A stretch of DNA of 57,161 nt, counting the filler, from Sphacelaria rigidula (taxonomy: Eukaryota), in assembly GCA_964200075.2 (NCBI GenBank). It is 4 parts of 4 records of this genome, joined end to end, with 100 filler letters (N's around TTAATTAATTAA, not from the genome) between each part and the next. Parts side by side here need not be neighbours in the genome. Positions count along the whole stretch, not along the records: positions 14,317 to 28,532 come from CAXNAA020002377.1; positions 28,633 to 42,847 come from CAXNAA020002378.1; 2 more parts are not named here. One strand, 5' to 3'. A model generated the notes under the pieces. That model made no database searches. It saw only the letters and a program-made list of their open reading frames with translations, and was not told where the DNA came from. The position numbers and the translations under genes are program-made. Below, piece after piece: positions 22,889-35,966 of the stretch (the first letter of the stretch is position 1; every line of letters starts with the position of its first letter).

Positions 22889-25800
22889 TTAGCACGGGGC
22901 AGGGGATCTACCGGCGGCAGCGATGGATCCCGATCCTGATCCACCGCTGCTGCCACCGCCGCCGCCACCACCACCACCCCGTCGGCGACGGAGGCGACCA
23001 GCCCAGGCGCCCTGGCTCCTGTGTCCGTTTGCTCCGTCGTCGTTTGCCGCGGGTCCCTGTAGACGTAGCAAGTGGGCGAGCGAGCGAAATTGGGCCATCA
23101 CTGCAGTTAGGGCGTGCAGTGGATATATTGTCCAGCATGGCCCACTGATATCCTGTCTGGGGCTCGTCGTTCCAACTGTATGGCATGGACACGTTTTTGA
23201 GCATGATATCGCGCATCCATGCTCAATGGAATCTTGGTGTATTTTGTTGTGATTCAGGTGAGGACGTACGTGAGACGGTGTTGGCTTCACCAATCTTGAA
23301 TTCGATGTGTGTACGTACAGAGTGTAGATTCAGCATAACTGCTCTCTGTACACAACCCTAGCAGCAACGGCTGCATATACCGTTTCTTCGTGCCGCACGC
23401 GCGTGTAACAGACGTCCCGCACTGCCCGTCCCGTGCTCCAACAAAACGTTTGCCCTGCTGTGCCTGCATAACTCAACGCTTGCCGTGGAAGATTTCATGT
23501 CTACGTTCTGTTACAGTATGGCGAATGACCAGCAAAGGCTAAGGAGGATGCGAAACATCTAACGTTCCTCTCTCTTGTGTTCAAGCGCCCCCGTGCAGCC
23601 GAATCATGCAAACCATCCACGCTACGCTACAATCATAGCATATCTCGACACCACCCAACACCAACTGGTTTCTGACACCAAACTAGAACGCTTCACGCTT
23701 CACGCCGAAATCAACCAGCCCGTTTCACCGGTCCGGTGCGACACACTACAAACGAGCTCTGCACTCGACGTGCATCGCGGCTCTCCGCCCAGTGCACCCC
23801 GTCGATCACTCGACACTCGATACTCGTTGGGAAGGGCATAAAGTGTGAAATCAGATAGCATTGCCACAACACCAAAACACACCAGGCTTCCTCGACAAAG
23901 TCAAGCTGCTGTGTGTACAGCAGCTAGAATGAATCTTGCAGTGAATTGAACAGGATTTTCGCATGAGATTGGAATCAACCCCTATAAATAAGACAAAAAC
24001 ACGAATGCCTGGCACCAAACTGTTTCAGAACGAACTCCCGCTCAGCTACATCGCTAGATCATCTGCCTACCGCGTTCACCGCGCCCCCGCCTCCCGCTGC
24101 AGCCGCCGAAGTCTGTGTCACCTCCGCCCTAGCCTCCCCTCCTGTCGCTGCCCCCTGTCCACTGCTGCTGCTCCGTGCGTTCCCATGCGCATCTCTTGAC
24201 TTCTTGGCAGGAGAGCCCACGCCAACATCCCCCGCATCATTCCCCGCATCATCCCCCGCGTCGTCGTCTCCGCGTCGGCCCCGCTTGCCCCTGGCCGCCG
24301 TCGCTTTCGCCGGCCCCGACCCACTCCCACCGTTCTTCCCAGCCGCGGCCGGTCGCGCTTGCTTGCCCTTTGCCGCCGGCATCCCCTGGCCCTCTTGCAT
24401 CACTCGTCCATCATCCTGCAGTGGACGGGACAGCCAAGTGAATCCGATAGTTCGGAAGGGTTCGACGGACAACAAACGAGTAGCAAGAAATCAATTTGGT
24501 CGTTGTGGAGGCCGGAAGTCGACCCGGGGGAAACCCCAACTTGAGGCAGACATCGTTGCCGCCCGCGATGACTGAGGGGGAAGGAGGGGCGACAAGCAGA
24601 ACACATAAGCACACCCAGCGCAAAAGCATTTTCTACACACCCAACAGGGGCGCTTCCTTCGCTGTCCAGTCATGCGTGACCTAGCACACGATATTCCAAG
24701 TGGGCGGCGCGACGAGGATGAGATACTTTGCCGCTGCAATGTTCTCAACTTCCAAGAATGTTCTCACGGACATGCACAGTTTGTTTTGTGCGGCCGGGCG
24801 AAAATATACACCGCATGGTACAACGTGTTCGCTACTCCAGGTGTCCGGTCCCTACAGCACTACACAGGTCGTTGTGGTGGGTCAAACGTACACGCACACA
24901 ACGAGAGAGAAACCAAGATGGACGGCGCTACACATAGACCCGTGTTCGCCATGACTCGGAGAGCTCACCAACTTTCGTATCAAACTACCCACAACGATCC
25001 ACACGGCGGTAGTTGTTTGTCTATTTGGGCAGTATCGGACGACCATTCCGGGCAGGCATGTATTTCCAAATCGTGGCCAAGAACGACACCTCGAGGACGA
25101 GGCATCTAAAACGACAACGTTTCTGCTGAGATGCTTTGCACCGCCCTTTCCTCTCATTTATTCTGCGGTAGGGTGAAACTTACTGTACGACGTGACAGAG
25201 GACTATACATACACAGGACTATACATACACAGGACTATAGATGCAAAGCTGAACATGAACGGCAGCGCGGTAAAGACCTGTCACCAAAATCTCTAAACAC
25301 CATGATACCGACTTGTGTTGAGTCGTTTTGTTGGCGGAGATTCTCCATCTATGCTACCTCGCGCTTACCGCCATGCTGTGTCAATCTGCGAGTGCCCGCA
25401 ACAGAACGTCGTCTGCCGCAAAAGCGGTCTTTCTGCAGCCACAAGCCGACACCCTGTCTACGTACATTGAACTCTCAAATCGACATGCACTGTATCACAT
25501 CCCGGTACCAACAGGTTCTGAGGGATCGTACCTCCTCCCGTCCCGCCGAGGAGCCCTGGGTCCCGCTGTCAGCTCCCCTCATCCTCCTGACAGGCTCCGC
25601 ACGTTTAGCCTGATGATTGTCGTAGCGAACAAGGAATACGTATGGTTCATGTCAGAAAGATGACGGAACACCAGTACTTCACGCACCCTGGGAATCCTGG
25701 CGGATGAAACAACCGGTACAGGGAAACGCCGCTGGAGATGCACGAACAGCGCAGACAAACACAACCTAGTGCACCCTGTGGCAAGAACGCTGGCGCAGCA

Positions 25801-28232
25801 ATTTACAGCGCAAGCAGTCAAGCATGTGATTTCGCAACGTAAAACGCCCAGGCCAAAGCATGGTGGGGACTAACGCCGCACACGCCAAGGTTCGTGCCCA
25901 CATTGCGCTAGTGCGAACGGGGTGGAAATCAACAGTGTATGTTCAAACACGTGACACCTACGCAGCATGATGCCTTCCCACGTGAGCCCGCAACTCCGCT
26001 GCCTCTGACGCTATCCCACGGAAATCTTCGCCTCGTGAGAAGCGAAATTTCGTATGAAACATCCAGGGCAAGCGAGTACTCTTTTAAAAGACACACCTTA
26101 CGCAAGAAATTCTACCGGTCAGCCCCGTGAGACCTTTTTATTTCAATCCCCGGCTTCCTCTTTTATCACCTGCGGCAGTGCGCGCCGCCCGCGGTCTCCT
26201 CGTGCCTCGGTCCCTCCTCCCTTCCGCTTGCTAGCCGCCGTGTCCCCGCTGCTGCTGCTGCTACCCGCAGACGCCTCTCCGCTGCTTGCTCCATACTTCC
26301 TCCGCACAGCCTGAACACGGCGCCTAACCCTTGGTCCAATAGCCCCCGACCCGTCCTGAGCTGCACTCGAGTGCCCGCCCGCTCCCAGCTGGTTGACCGC
26401 CTCGTCCAACCGATCTCGCGCTGGGTCATGGGAGGCAGAGCTGGGACCCGTGTTCGCCACCGCCAATGATGATTCGTCGTCGCTGCTTCCTTCACTGTAA
26501 CCACTGCTGCTACCACCATCATCGGACTGCTGCTCCATGCTGATCCCATCCGCCTTGCCCTTGCCCTTGCCCTTGCCCTTGCCCCTGAACGTGCCTGCAC
26601 CGCCGCCCCCATTCTCGCTATTATCTGTCGACTCTACCGACGACATCGCTGGTGCTGCCCCCGCCTCCTGCCTCCCCTGTCCGCCCGCCGCGGCCGATCC
26701 TATCTGGTTCCGCTCATAGTCCTCCACCAATAACCTCTCGACGTACTGGAGTAAACCAGCGGCGCATGAACACTTTGGGCCGAGAGCTTGCACGGCCTTG
26801 TGAACCTTGTCGGTCGTCGCCTCGGAACGCAGTGTAAGTAGCGCTGTCTTCTTGTCGTTGCCACCCGGTCCTTCTCTGCCGTCCAGGCGTGCTTGAACCC
26901 TCTGCGCACAATCGGTTCGGCACAGGGTAACGGTGATCGAACACGCGTGGGTGTGAACGATAAACCGTTAGAGCCACCGCAGAATCGTTGTACGTTTGGT
27001 CCCCTGGGCCAGCAACCACAGGACGCTACCGTGTTGATAGCTCAAGCCGACACTACAAGAGCCGTGGCTGGCCATCCACCCACCGTGCAGGAGGGACAGC
27101 TTACGGGCACGAATGGGGAATGATAACCTCCTCCACTCACTAGAACGCTCAATATCAACATGGGATACCCTTTCAGGTTTGCTCCGCGGGCGATGTGTTT
27201 TAGAAAGCAAGGGATCAGCCGCACCAACGACCGGGTGAATGGTGTTTCATTTCACGATACATCATGGTCAACCACATTATGATGCGTATCGAAAGGTGCG
27301 GCGAAGCAATCAAGAGATGGAACCCAAACTTTCTCATCGTGCATGAGCAGCGGAAGACAGAAGAGACGGCACCGGGCATTTCATCACACTTCACATACAC
27401 ACACGGACCCCAAGTGCAGGTATCGTCCCAACAAGCTTCCCCAACCGCAGGCTTGTAACCATACCATTCTCCCCCTCCTGCCCCCATGGGAAGCTTATAA
27501 TGAGAAACGGTCCGCGAACAACCCTTGAGTTTTCTTTCTGTTCCTCCGCTACATGGGCGACTGAACGACGCCTTCAACGATCAGAGACCGCCCGTGTGTG
27601 GGCAGCTTATTTGTATCTACCCTGTGCTGGCGGGTCGGCATGAAGTTTGATAGCGCCCCGGTACAAGGTTGCAATATTGAGAGAATCACTGATATCTACC
27701 TCTGAAGAATAAGCACTGGCATGAAATTACCCTCATACTCAGCATATCACTTGTGTTTAGTGTAGCGTTTGAATGACTTGCGTTCAGAGTCGTTTGCGAC
27801 TACGTAGTGTCAGTGTGGTTAAGAGCTTCTCGCTTCGAGCTTGGAGTCAACGAAGTACTTGGTGCCAGTATGCCCCCTCAACCCCTCCCTCTCCCAACCT
27901 TGCCCACAACGAGCTCTTGCCCCAACAAGGGTTGCAACTCCAAGCCCGCCGTTGCTTAGGTCCTCGATTAGCCGCACATCGAGCAGTCACGCACCGCGCT
28001 TGCGCCACGCATGCAAGAGCTACAGCGAGACTGACCCGTTGAGGCGCAGTAACGACACCTTTGTCTACATAGTTACTCAACACCTCCACCTAGCACGAAC
28101 TCCTTGGACCGTGAAAAATGACAGCGTTGACATCCTTCACCTGCATGAATGAGAAGTCCTCCAGCTTTGCCTTAGGCGCCAACCGCTGGGTCGGATCGCC
28201 GGAAGTCATGGCCCTTATCATGTACCCAAGGT
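22889..28232 (-). CDS. 3' portion of a multi-exon gene; probable protein kinase-like C-terminal end followed by a long Gly/Ser/Ala-rich disordered tail (5' part not found before the gap)
   Basis: Phase-consistent GT-AG exons 28232-28141, 28089-28036, 26901-26170, 25609-25532, 24415-24071 and 23056-22889 (TAA). The first visible exon LGYMIRAMTSGDPTQRLAPKAKLEDFSFMQ resembles kinase subdomain XI (DPxxR). The kinase call rests on this motif only. Confidence 0.7.
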
Positions 28233-28532
28233 CTGGAGATTGTCAACGGGTGATACACGCACACCACATGCACGACGCACAGCCAAAACAGGTGTGAAGC
28301 ATGCACCGCGTGTTCGCCTGACTAAAACGACAAGTTCGGGACACCAAGAAGTACAAACGTCCTTCTTCATGACTTCTTGAAATCCTTCATTTGCTGAACT
28401 GCAGTTCTTCTTCTACACGAAAACAATATTCATTTCCAAGTATTTGACGACTTCATTCACTTCATAATGAGTCATCGTACGATAGGGGGGGGGTATTTTG
28501 GGCCATTTGTTGCTCGAAATTTCGAGTCAGAT

Positions 28533-28632
28533 NNNNNNNNNNNNNNNNNNNNNNNNNNNNNNNNNNNNNNNNNNNNTTAATTAATTAANNNNNNNNNNNN
28601 NNNNNNNNNNNNNNNNNNNNNNNNNNNNNNNN
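28533..28632. other. Assembly gap with artificial TTAATTAATTAA linker
   Basis: Same 100-nt N/linker structure as the other gaps. Confidence 0.98.
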
Positions 28633-29129
28633 CACCGATGTTTTCCGCACGTAAACCCTCGCAAACTTTGGAGGCCGGCGGTCGGGGGTGGGGGGGGGGG
28701 GGGGGGATTGATTGATATAACTTCTGAGACTACGGATTCGTCCTCAGGAAAGAGATGGGTTGCAAACACGACGCAAGGAGATAAATAAGAATGGAGAGTA
28801 AGATGAGTGGTAGCAGGAGACAGAGAACACTCTTCGAGGGCACAGTTCGATCCACCTCGACAGCGGGAGGTTGAGGTGGAAGATAGCTGCGTACGGGTCA
28901 GCTCCAGGATCCACTATGTTCATGTGCAAATCAACAGAAGATATTGGAATTACAACGTGGAAAGGCCATGGCGTGTGAGTTCAAGGTCTTAACACGTGGT
29001 GGTATACAATATCTTTACTCAACGTGATCTTGAATATTTCGCGAAGAAAACGGCCCACTCCTTTGGTGAAAACTATGCAATGAGGCATTATTTGTCTCAA
29101 AATTGGCTCCATGACCGCTCGGGTCAGCT

Positions 29130-30600
29130 ATTAGACGCTGGTTGGACGGGCTTTGGGAAGGAGGGCGCCCGGAATAGTCTCGTTTGGTGCAGAAGTGATG
29201 CCTACATAGAAAGGACCGCTGCCACGTAAAAGCCTCGTGTCAGAGTTCTTTGCGCATAACCGACGACTCGCGGCGCATTGGCTGTCACAGTATAGGGAGA
29301 ACAGTAACAGCGATCGCGCCTGCACACATAGCCATGTATGTACAAAGATTTCAGCGCAGAGAGCAGAAACGGCACATGACGGGGGAAACGTGTCCCGCCA
29401 TTTCCTTGTAACCATGGGATGCGCGTTGCCTTCCGCCTATTGGCTGAATGTTTTCATCACACGTAATTCGTGCTAACTGCCCAAATATATCTACCGCCCA
29501 TCTACGCCTACAAGAATCATCATACCAAGGCTTGGGCCACTTCCGGAGAAATAACTCGGACAATTGTCATGACCACGAAGGGTCGAGGGCAGTGGCCAGA
29601 AAAAGGTACAAGTTGTAGATCGTGGCCACTTTCGGGTGGAGTGTTGAGCGAGTTTTTTCACGGCGCGAAAAAGAGGTATACATGACCCAATTCCGGTCGA
29701 CTCTTTCTCCGCAAGAAAGACAGAAGGAGGCAACCGGGATGGCGAATACGATAGCTGTTCACTTGCAGGTATTCCGCCAGAGCTGTTCGTAACCTGAACA
29801 GACCCAGAACGTTCTGCACATGTACCGCAAGGAAAACGGACGAAAGTGATCGGGACGATCGCCATAGCTTGCGGGTAATTCGTCGGAACCATCCGTGCCC
29901 CTAACAGGCCCAAAGCCGAAGGATGTTCTTCGTGTCAAAACTCCTCGGGCGTGAACTGTGCTTCACCACTTGTTACCGACTATGATAACTTCCGCACCGC
30001 TCTTTGACATTGATGAAAATATTTGTGTATGTATCAAGAGATAGCCTTGACTTCTTTGGGAGGTGCAGAACTTCGCTGATCATTTGACCCTGAATTGGCG
30101 AATAATGACAAGGTATTGCCAATTTCTGGGCGCTGCCCAACGGTCAAATGATATGACCGCTTCCGACCGGCAACTATGGTTATCCCAGTAGAAGTTACGA
30201 TGAGTCAACAGATGAACACGTTGGGTGCTCGAAGGCTTCACTTGTCCAACCCTCCCCGATCCACTGCGATTTTTTTGAGTCACGCCAGTTGTTTGGAGAC
30301 CGGCGGATGAAGGTTTCTGCGATCCTACTCGTCGAACAATGTTGTACGCGAACTCGCTCTAGCGCCCGAGCCGCCTGCTAGGGTCATCTTCGTCTACAGT
30401 TTCCCTATTCCCCGTGGGAGTGTCTGGAGTCACGGTAGGCCGTGGGCGCTTAAATGGTTCAACGCTGCGAGGCAAAATTCACACGCGATTTTGCAAACAG
30501 TGCCCAGAAGAAGCGACTGCTGGCCCGTGATTTGCGCGAAACTTGACATTGTTCGCGTTAATCGTACAAAAATATACTGCGGCTAGAAGTGACCCTACAC
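29130..30600 (-). pseudogene. Heavily decayed hAT-like transposase
   Basis: Ordered minus-strand fragments: BED-finger-like CKIACEFCLAALNHLSAHG (~30440-30500), NKW*ST at the TRWxS position (~29960), LATALDP (~29580-29605) and KWRDTFP..LLFS resembling the hATC dimerisation domain (~29250-29410). Many stops. Confidence 0.4.
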
Positions 30601-30793
30601 GCAATTACGAAGCAGCGACGATTGTGATTCATGCCTTCGCTTCAAGTGGACAGACAGCACAGGCGCTGGTCAGCCATACAGCGCGTCACTCCCAGTGACA
30701 TTTTATTTCAGCTTCGAATTCCAAGAGAACAAAGGCCCTGCACACCGAGAACATGTCTACTTGCGTACGGACAAATCCCGGGTATGTCCCTGC

Positions 30794-30852
30794 AGTACAG
30801 TAGTACAGTATAGTACAGTATAGTACAGTACAGTACAGTACAGAGCAGTACA
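30794..30852. repeat. (CAGTA/TAGTA)n pentanucleotide repeat
   Basis: Seen directly. Confidence 0.9.
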
Positions 30853-31016
30853 GATCAACACAACATACTCGATACAGTACACAGTGCAAAACAGTGCCGA
30901 TGTGGATTAAACCGATGACCATACTTCATAATTCGTGGAATACAGTACAGTACGCCACAATGCACTCGCCCAAGGCTCGCTCGATAAAAACGTTCGCATA
31001 CAACAGTGCATAGGAA

Positions 31017-31430
31017 CCGTAGGTAAGGTACCGTACCAAGCGCACCCCCCGTATTTACCGGGGTATCCCATACTGTGGTATGCGTGGGTATCGTAGGTAT
31101 GAGCTTTGAAAATACCTGATTGAGCGGGTACGGTAGGTACTGGTATCTCGAAATACCGTGGTATCGTCGGTATCGTAGGTATGAGTTTCGAAAATACCTG
31201 ATTAAGCGAGTACGGTAGGTACTGGTATCTCGAAATACCGTGGTATCGTAGGTATCGTAGGTATGAGTTTTGAAAATACCCGATTGGGCAGGTACGGTAG
31301 GTACTGTTATCTCGAAATACCGTGGTATCGTAGGTATCGTAGGTATGACATTTGAAAATACCCGATTTGGTCGGTATCGGTAGGGAATGAGATATCTCAA
31401 ATACCAGTACCAGGTACCTGCCTTACCCTC
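31017..31430. mobile_element. Non-autonomous element with internal 82-bp tandem array, copy 1
   Basis: Unit gtggtatcgtaggtatcgtaggtatgagttttgaaaatacc..ctcgaaatacc recurs at 31076, 31158, 31240 and 31322. Ends are ccgtaggtaagg and ggtacctgccttacc. Confidence 0.8.
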
Positions 31431-32403
31431 TATACCGGTTTCAAAACTGTCATCCGGCAGTGCAGAGAAGTGGTTCAGGGCGTGTCTCAGCACTTTTTCT
31501 TTGATCGAAAAAATGAGGCGGTGGAATAGATTTGAGCGAAAATCGCTCATTCTTGTCAAGTTGGGTCCAAGCGAATTTCAAGTTTTCGATCGAAAAAAGA
31601 TAGGGACATTGGTGAAACGGTACATGATCACTCGTGTACAGTACAGACAGTCTGTACTAAATGCACTGCTTGCAAGTAGTGTCTTGAGTGTTCATGTGCG
31701 TGTTTTGTACAGTAGGATTTTAAAGGGAAGCGGGCAACGTTCAGTGCAGACGGCCCAGGACTATCAGTCCTCTCTGCTTACAATGCGACGTGAAAAGGAC
31801 TTTAACAACGTGCAGTTTTGTACCGCCTGCACTGTCAAGAAGCGTGTACGCAACTTGGTTGCCCACCGTACCACGCAGTTCCGTCGCTGATCCCTGCCAT
31901 GAAAGAAGATGCACAAGTTTTAGCCAACAAAAAATAAAGAAAGCATACCCAATTACTGCAGGGTATCTAATCCTGTGTTCAACTCGTACTCGATGCGACA
32001 GGGTTGCGGTGTTAGCTGAGGATGAGTTGGATGGAGTTAGCATGGTTCTGTGAACGGGTGTTATCTGGCGTGGTGGTCTATAATATAGGAGTCAAGTGTT
32101 GCTGCGTGCCTTTCGACCGCATGTTCTCGATCGAAAAAGCTCAGTGTGACTTTTTTGCAGGTCTTCTCCGCGCGCTACTTATTACAATTTTGAGTTGAAG
32201 CCTTCTAAGAACAGAAATGTGCCGGACCTATCAGATCCGGGAAAAGAAATCGGCCGCACTTCAGACTACATAATAATGAGTTCATTCGAATTGATCCAGA
32301 CACGAAAATCAAGGGGAAGCTGGGTAATATTACTTGTGAAAACAAAGACGTACCTGCTCCGACAACTTCTGGCCTTTACGTAAGTTGGGACCAGCTGCTG
32401 CGC

Positions 32404-32830
32404 ACCGTGGGGAGTGCATCGCGTCCGGTATTTACCGGGTATACCCCCGTTATTTACCGGGATATGCCGTACCGTGGTATGCGTGGGTATCGTAAGATTG
32501 ACTTTTGAAAATACCGGATTGAGCGGGTACGGTAGGTATTGAAATCTCGAAATACAGTGGTGTAGTAGGTATCGTAGGTATGAGTTTTGAAAATACCTGA
32601 TTGGGAGAGTACTGTAGGTACTGAAATCTCGAAATACCGTGGATCGTGGGTATCGTAGGTATAGGTTTTGAAAATACCTGGTCGAGCGGGTATGGTAGGT
32701 ATTGACGTCTCGAAATACCGTGGTATCGTGGGTATCGTAGGTATGACATTTGAAAATACCGATCGGATCGGTATCGGTAGGGTATGAGATGTCCCAAATA
32801 CCGGTACCGGGTACCTGCCTCACCTACGGT
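32404..32830. mobile_element. Non-autonomous element with internal 82-bp tandem array, copy 2 (same orientation)
   Basis: Same unit and same unique ends. The right end cctcacctacgg is the inverse of copy 1's left end ccgtaggtaagg. Confidence 0.8.
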
Positions 32831-34447
32831 GCCTGTGCAACAGTGTATCAATGCTGTACGATCTGGATAAGAAAAAAACAAGTACATTACTTTCACGGTT
32901 CGGACGAATCACCGCCGGTTCGAATCACCAAATCCACGATTTTTCAGGTCTGATTGCTCGGAAGAGAAAAAAGTCGACCGACGGTCAAAAAGATATCCAC
33001 GCAATTTTTGTGCCATTCCGCGTGCCTGGGCTGCGCGTACCTGGGCTGCAACGCTGAAAACAAAGCCCAAGGATTGATTCGGACGGTATGAATCAATCAC
33101 ACTAAAATCGAGTGGTTTCCAGGCGAATCATCAGTTCATCCGATCCTTGAATACTTTGGCATTACAATAAAATATACTGTACAGTACAACAACAGCACAT
33201 CTTGAACGAGGTGAGTCGATTTCTCAGTACAACCGTATGCACGATACTTGCAGATTACCTGGCAATTCTAACTTTTTAGTTTCTGGCGGCAATCGATTTG
33301 TATCGAGTGTATTTTTAGAAGATACGTAGCATGGCCATCGTTGTTGTCAAGAAAAAAATGAGGTTGTAGGGCGTGCAAGGGGGTGGTGTGTATCGTCATA
33401 TACCGACTAATTGACCCGCAAAGGTCGCCAAAAACAGCGACCTGCAACTTTAGCATGAACTTCGACCATCAATATTTTGCAAATGCATGGTACATGCAGT
33501 GGAGCTTGGCAGTAGTATTGTGCCCCGCGGGCTTTCTTGTGCAATATATTGTGCAATAACTGACGAACAACGGGACTCAATATCTCAAACAATTCAAATG
33601 CTGTACTGTACACAACAGTACAACAGTACAGTGGTTTGGGTAGCTGATATATGACTGAATCAACTGGTATACAGTACAAGACTAAAACAGCGCCATAGAT
33701 AGACTTGCCGTCGACATTCGCCTCCTTGTGACATCGCCAGAGATGAACCTCCGCCGTAAAGGAGCATATAAGAATGGAATGCGTCGCATTTCCTTCACAA
33801 TCGCAGTCGCTCTGGGCATAGCCGGCAAGCTCTCGCCTTTGGAGCCGACGGATGACTCCAGGACTTGCCTCGGCCTTCCTCTGGATCTCCGTACATTTGC
33901 AGACGATTGTGCCATAATCCATTGAAGGAAGGGTAACGACCACCATCACCTCATCAATCACACTTCCACCTCGTGCGCATACACTGTCGACGCGCCATTT
34001 ATTTGCGGCATGTATCTACTAAGCAATTCAGTCAAACCTCCCTTTGCGTTGAGCAACCGGTTATTCCCTGTTCACGTGGACACATTTCTTGTCCCAATAT
34101 ATTCGGGGTGGTACTATTATTGAGTTTCTCCTATAATACGAGACGAGTATTATATCAGGGGACTCTCGCATCTCCCCCGAATCTGGGGCCCAAATTGGGG
34201 GAGATGCGAGAGCCTCCCGATCTGAGCAGAAAGGTGATGAACCAACAGTCGTCAGCGCCCAGAGAATCGGAGAACTGATGATCTGGTTTCCTCAGAGCTA
34301 GGCGAAAAATATTGCCCAACAGACTGGGGTCCGAAACATCAATCCACGGGAGAACATCGGATTCAAACGGGCTGAAATCCTCATATTTGTACAAATACGG
34401 ATTGGTTGCCGTACGAAGTGGTCTAAGCATATTAGTTTTAGTTTTAT

Positions 34448-34785
34448 ATCGCAATTGTGCGGTGGAAAACAAAAATCCCGATCTGATAGGTCTTGAGTTC
34501 AACCATCTTTCAAATTTTCGACGATGGTTGAATTACGACGTATCAGATCAGGATTTTTTATTTTTATTTTCCACCGCACAATTTCGATCGAAAACCGATG
34601 TGGTGAGACAGGGCCTTATTACATCGATTTCCGATAGAAAAAGCGCGGTAGAAAACAAATAATCTCCGTCTGGAAGGTCGTAATTTCAACCATCCATCGC
34701 TCTTAATTTTGAAGATAGTTGAATAAAATTACGATCTATCAGATCAGTGTTTTTGTTTTCCACCGCACTTTTTCGATCGAAAAAT
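34448..34785. repeat. Two tandem ~140-150-bp imperfect palindromes
   Basis: ttgtgcggtggaaaacaaaaatcccgatctgata..tatcagatcaggattttta..ttttccaccgcacaa, then a second related hairpin at 34632-34780. Confidence 0.75.
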
Positions 34786-35360
34786 GATGTGCTAATAAAG
34801 ACACGGTCTGACTGTACTCTCTTGTGATTTATGCAGCGCGTATGCTGTCTGTACAGAATACAAGCAAAGAAAATCATCCCGCCGTGCCCTCTAGAATGCA
34901 AAAAACACACTACAACAATGTATTCAGGAAACACACCGCCTTGAGTCTACAATCAAAAACGCGCCTCACGACAAACGCATAGCACCGCAGACAACAAAAC
35001 AGAGAGTAGAAATCTGAATCTTTGCACAAGTACAAACGTCCCGCCGCCTCTGATTCTACAAGTTTTCGAATCTCCGTAGATCACTTTTGCCAAAATCCAG
35101 TCAGACTACAGACTTCGAGTCCAGTCAGCACAACAAAAGCGGGTAGATGACAACTCAGAGCGCGTCGTCCGAACTGTACCACACAGCCGTCCGAGAGTGC
35201 CGTCGCAACCCACTCACTCTCCACTTCAAACTTCAACCCCTCACACACTGTGCGTCTTCAACTCAAAGATAAACACCAGTTACACCAACCACCCCACACG
35301 CACAAAGCGAAACAGAGCAACTAGGCTGACGTTTGTGATTACAGTGTTCCGACAGACATC

Positions 35361-35966
35361 ATGAACAAGATGGGCGCGCCCGAGATCCACCTGACGGCTA
35401 AGTTGTGCTTGGATCTACTGAGAGCATCCATCCGAAAAAATCGTACGAGTAACAACAACCAAGTCGCCACGAACACGTGGGAGGCGGCGCAAGACTTGCA
35501 ACACGCCATCCTCCTGTCCACGGATGGAGTTGCACCTTCACCTACCGACAGCAACACCAATAGCGACAGCGGCGATAACTCCTGGGTATCCACCCACTCT
35601 CAAGAGCAGTCGGATCTTTCCCTGTCCTCGAGCTTCGATGTTACACGAGAGGACGATGAAGCAATCGCCGACTCGCCGCATTATGACTCACTGTTGTCAG
35701 TGGACGAGCTCGAGGACGATGAGGTGGACCGAAGCCGCGCAGGTGCGACCGCCGGGCTGCTTCTCATGAGATCTGCCTCATGCAACAGCAATAGCTCCTT
35801 CATGGAACGATCACGGCGAGCAGAGTCGAGGTCTTTCATGGTGGATCAGCATGCCCCGCAGCAGCAGGAGCACGAGCAATTCGAGCGCGACTCCTGTTCG
35901 CTCAAAAGTTACCGTGGACGAGAGTTCGAGTCATGCTCACGCACACGAAACAGGTACGAGGTCTAG
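35361..35966 (+). CDS. Intronless hypothetical protein, 201 aa, with Ser/Asp-rich disordered middle
   Basis: Clean ATG (gacatcATG) to TAG ORF, many C/G-ending codons, a C/A-rich leader upstream. No recognisable domain. Confidence 0.65.
   Translation: MNKMGAPEIHLTAKLCLDLLRASIRKNRTSNNNQVATNTWEAAQDLQHAILLSTDGVAPSPTDSNTNSDSGDNSWVSTHSQEQSDLSLSSSFDVTREDDEAIADSPHYDSLLSVDELEDDEVDRSRAGATAGLLLMRSASCNSNSSFMERSRRAESRSFMVDQHAPQQQEHEQFERDSCSLKSYRGREFESCSRTRNRYEV

Noticed and set aside
27900..27995. In-frame TGA before LLDVRLIEDLSNGG (selenocysteine or readthrough idea)
   Set aside because: A donor at 28035 explains the region as intron, and there is no SECIS evidence.
31070..31380. CRISPR-like regular repeats (also 32470-32790)
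   Set aside because: The whole 82-bp unit repeats, there are no unique spacers or cas genes, and the context is eukaryotic.
30855..32896. ORFs of 234, 185 and 148 aa with repeated YRRYHGISRYQYLPYP
   Set aside because: They are translations of the tandem arrays, open in several frames.
33407..33961. 184-aa minus-strand ORF
   Set aside because: No family motif, and it runs through low-complexity cagta-type sequence.
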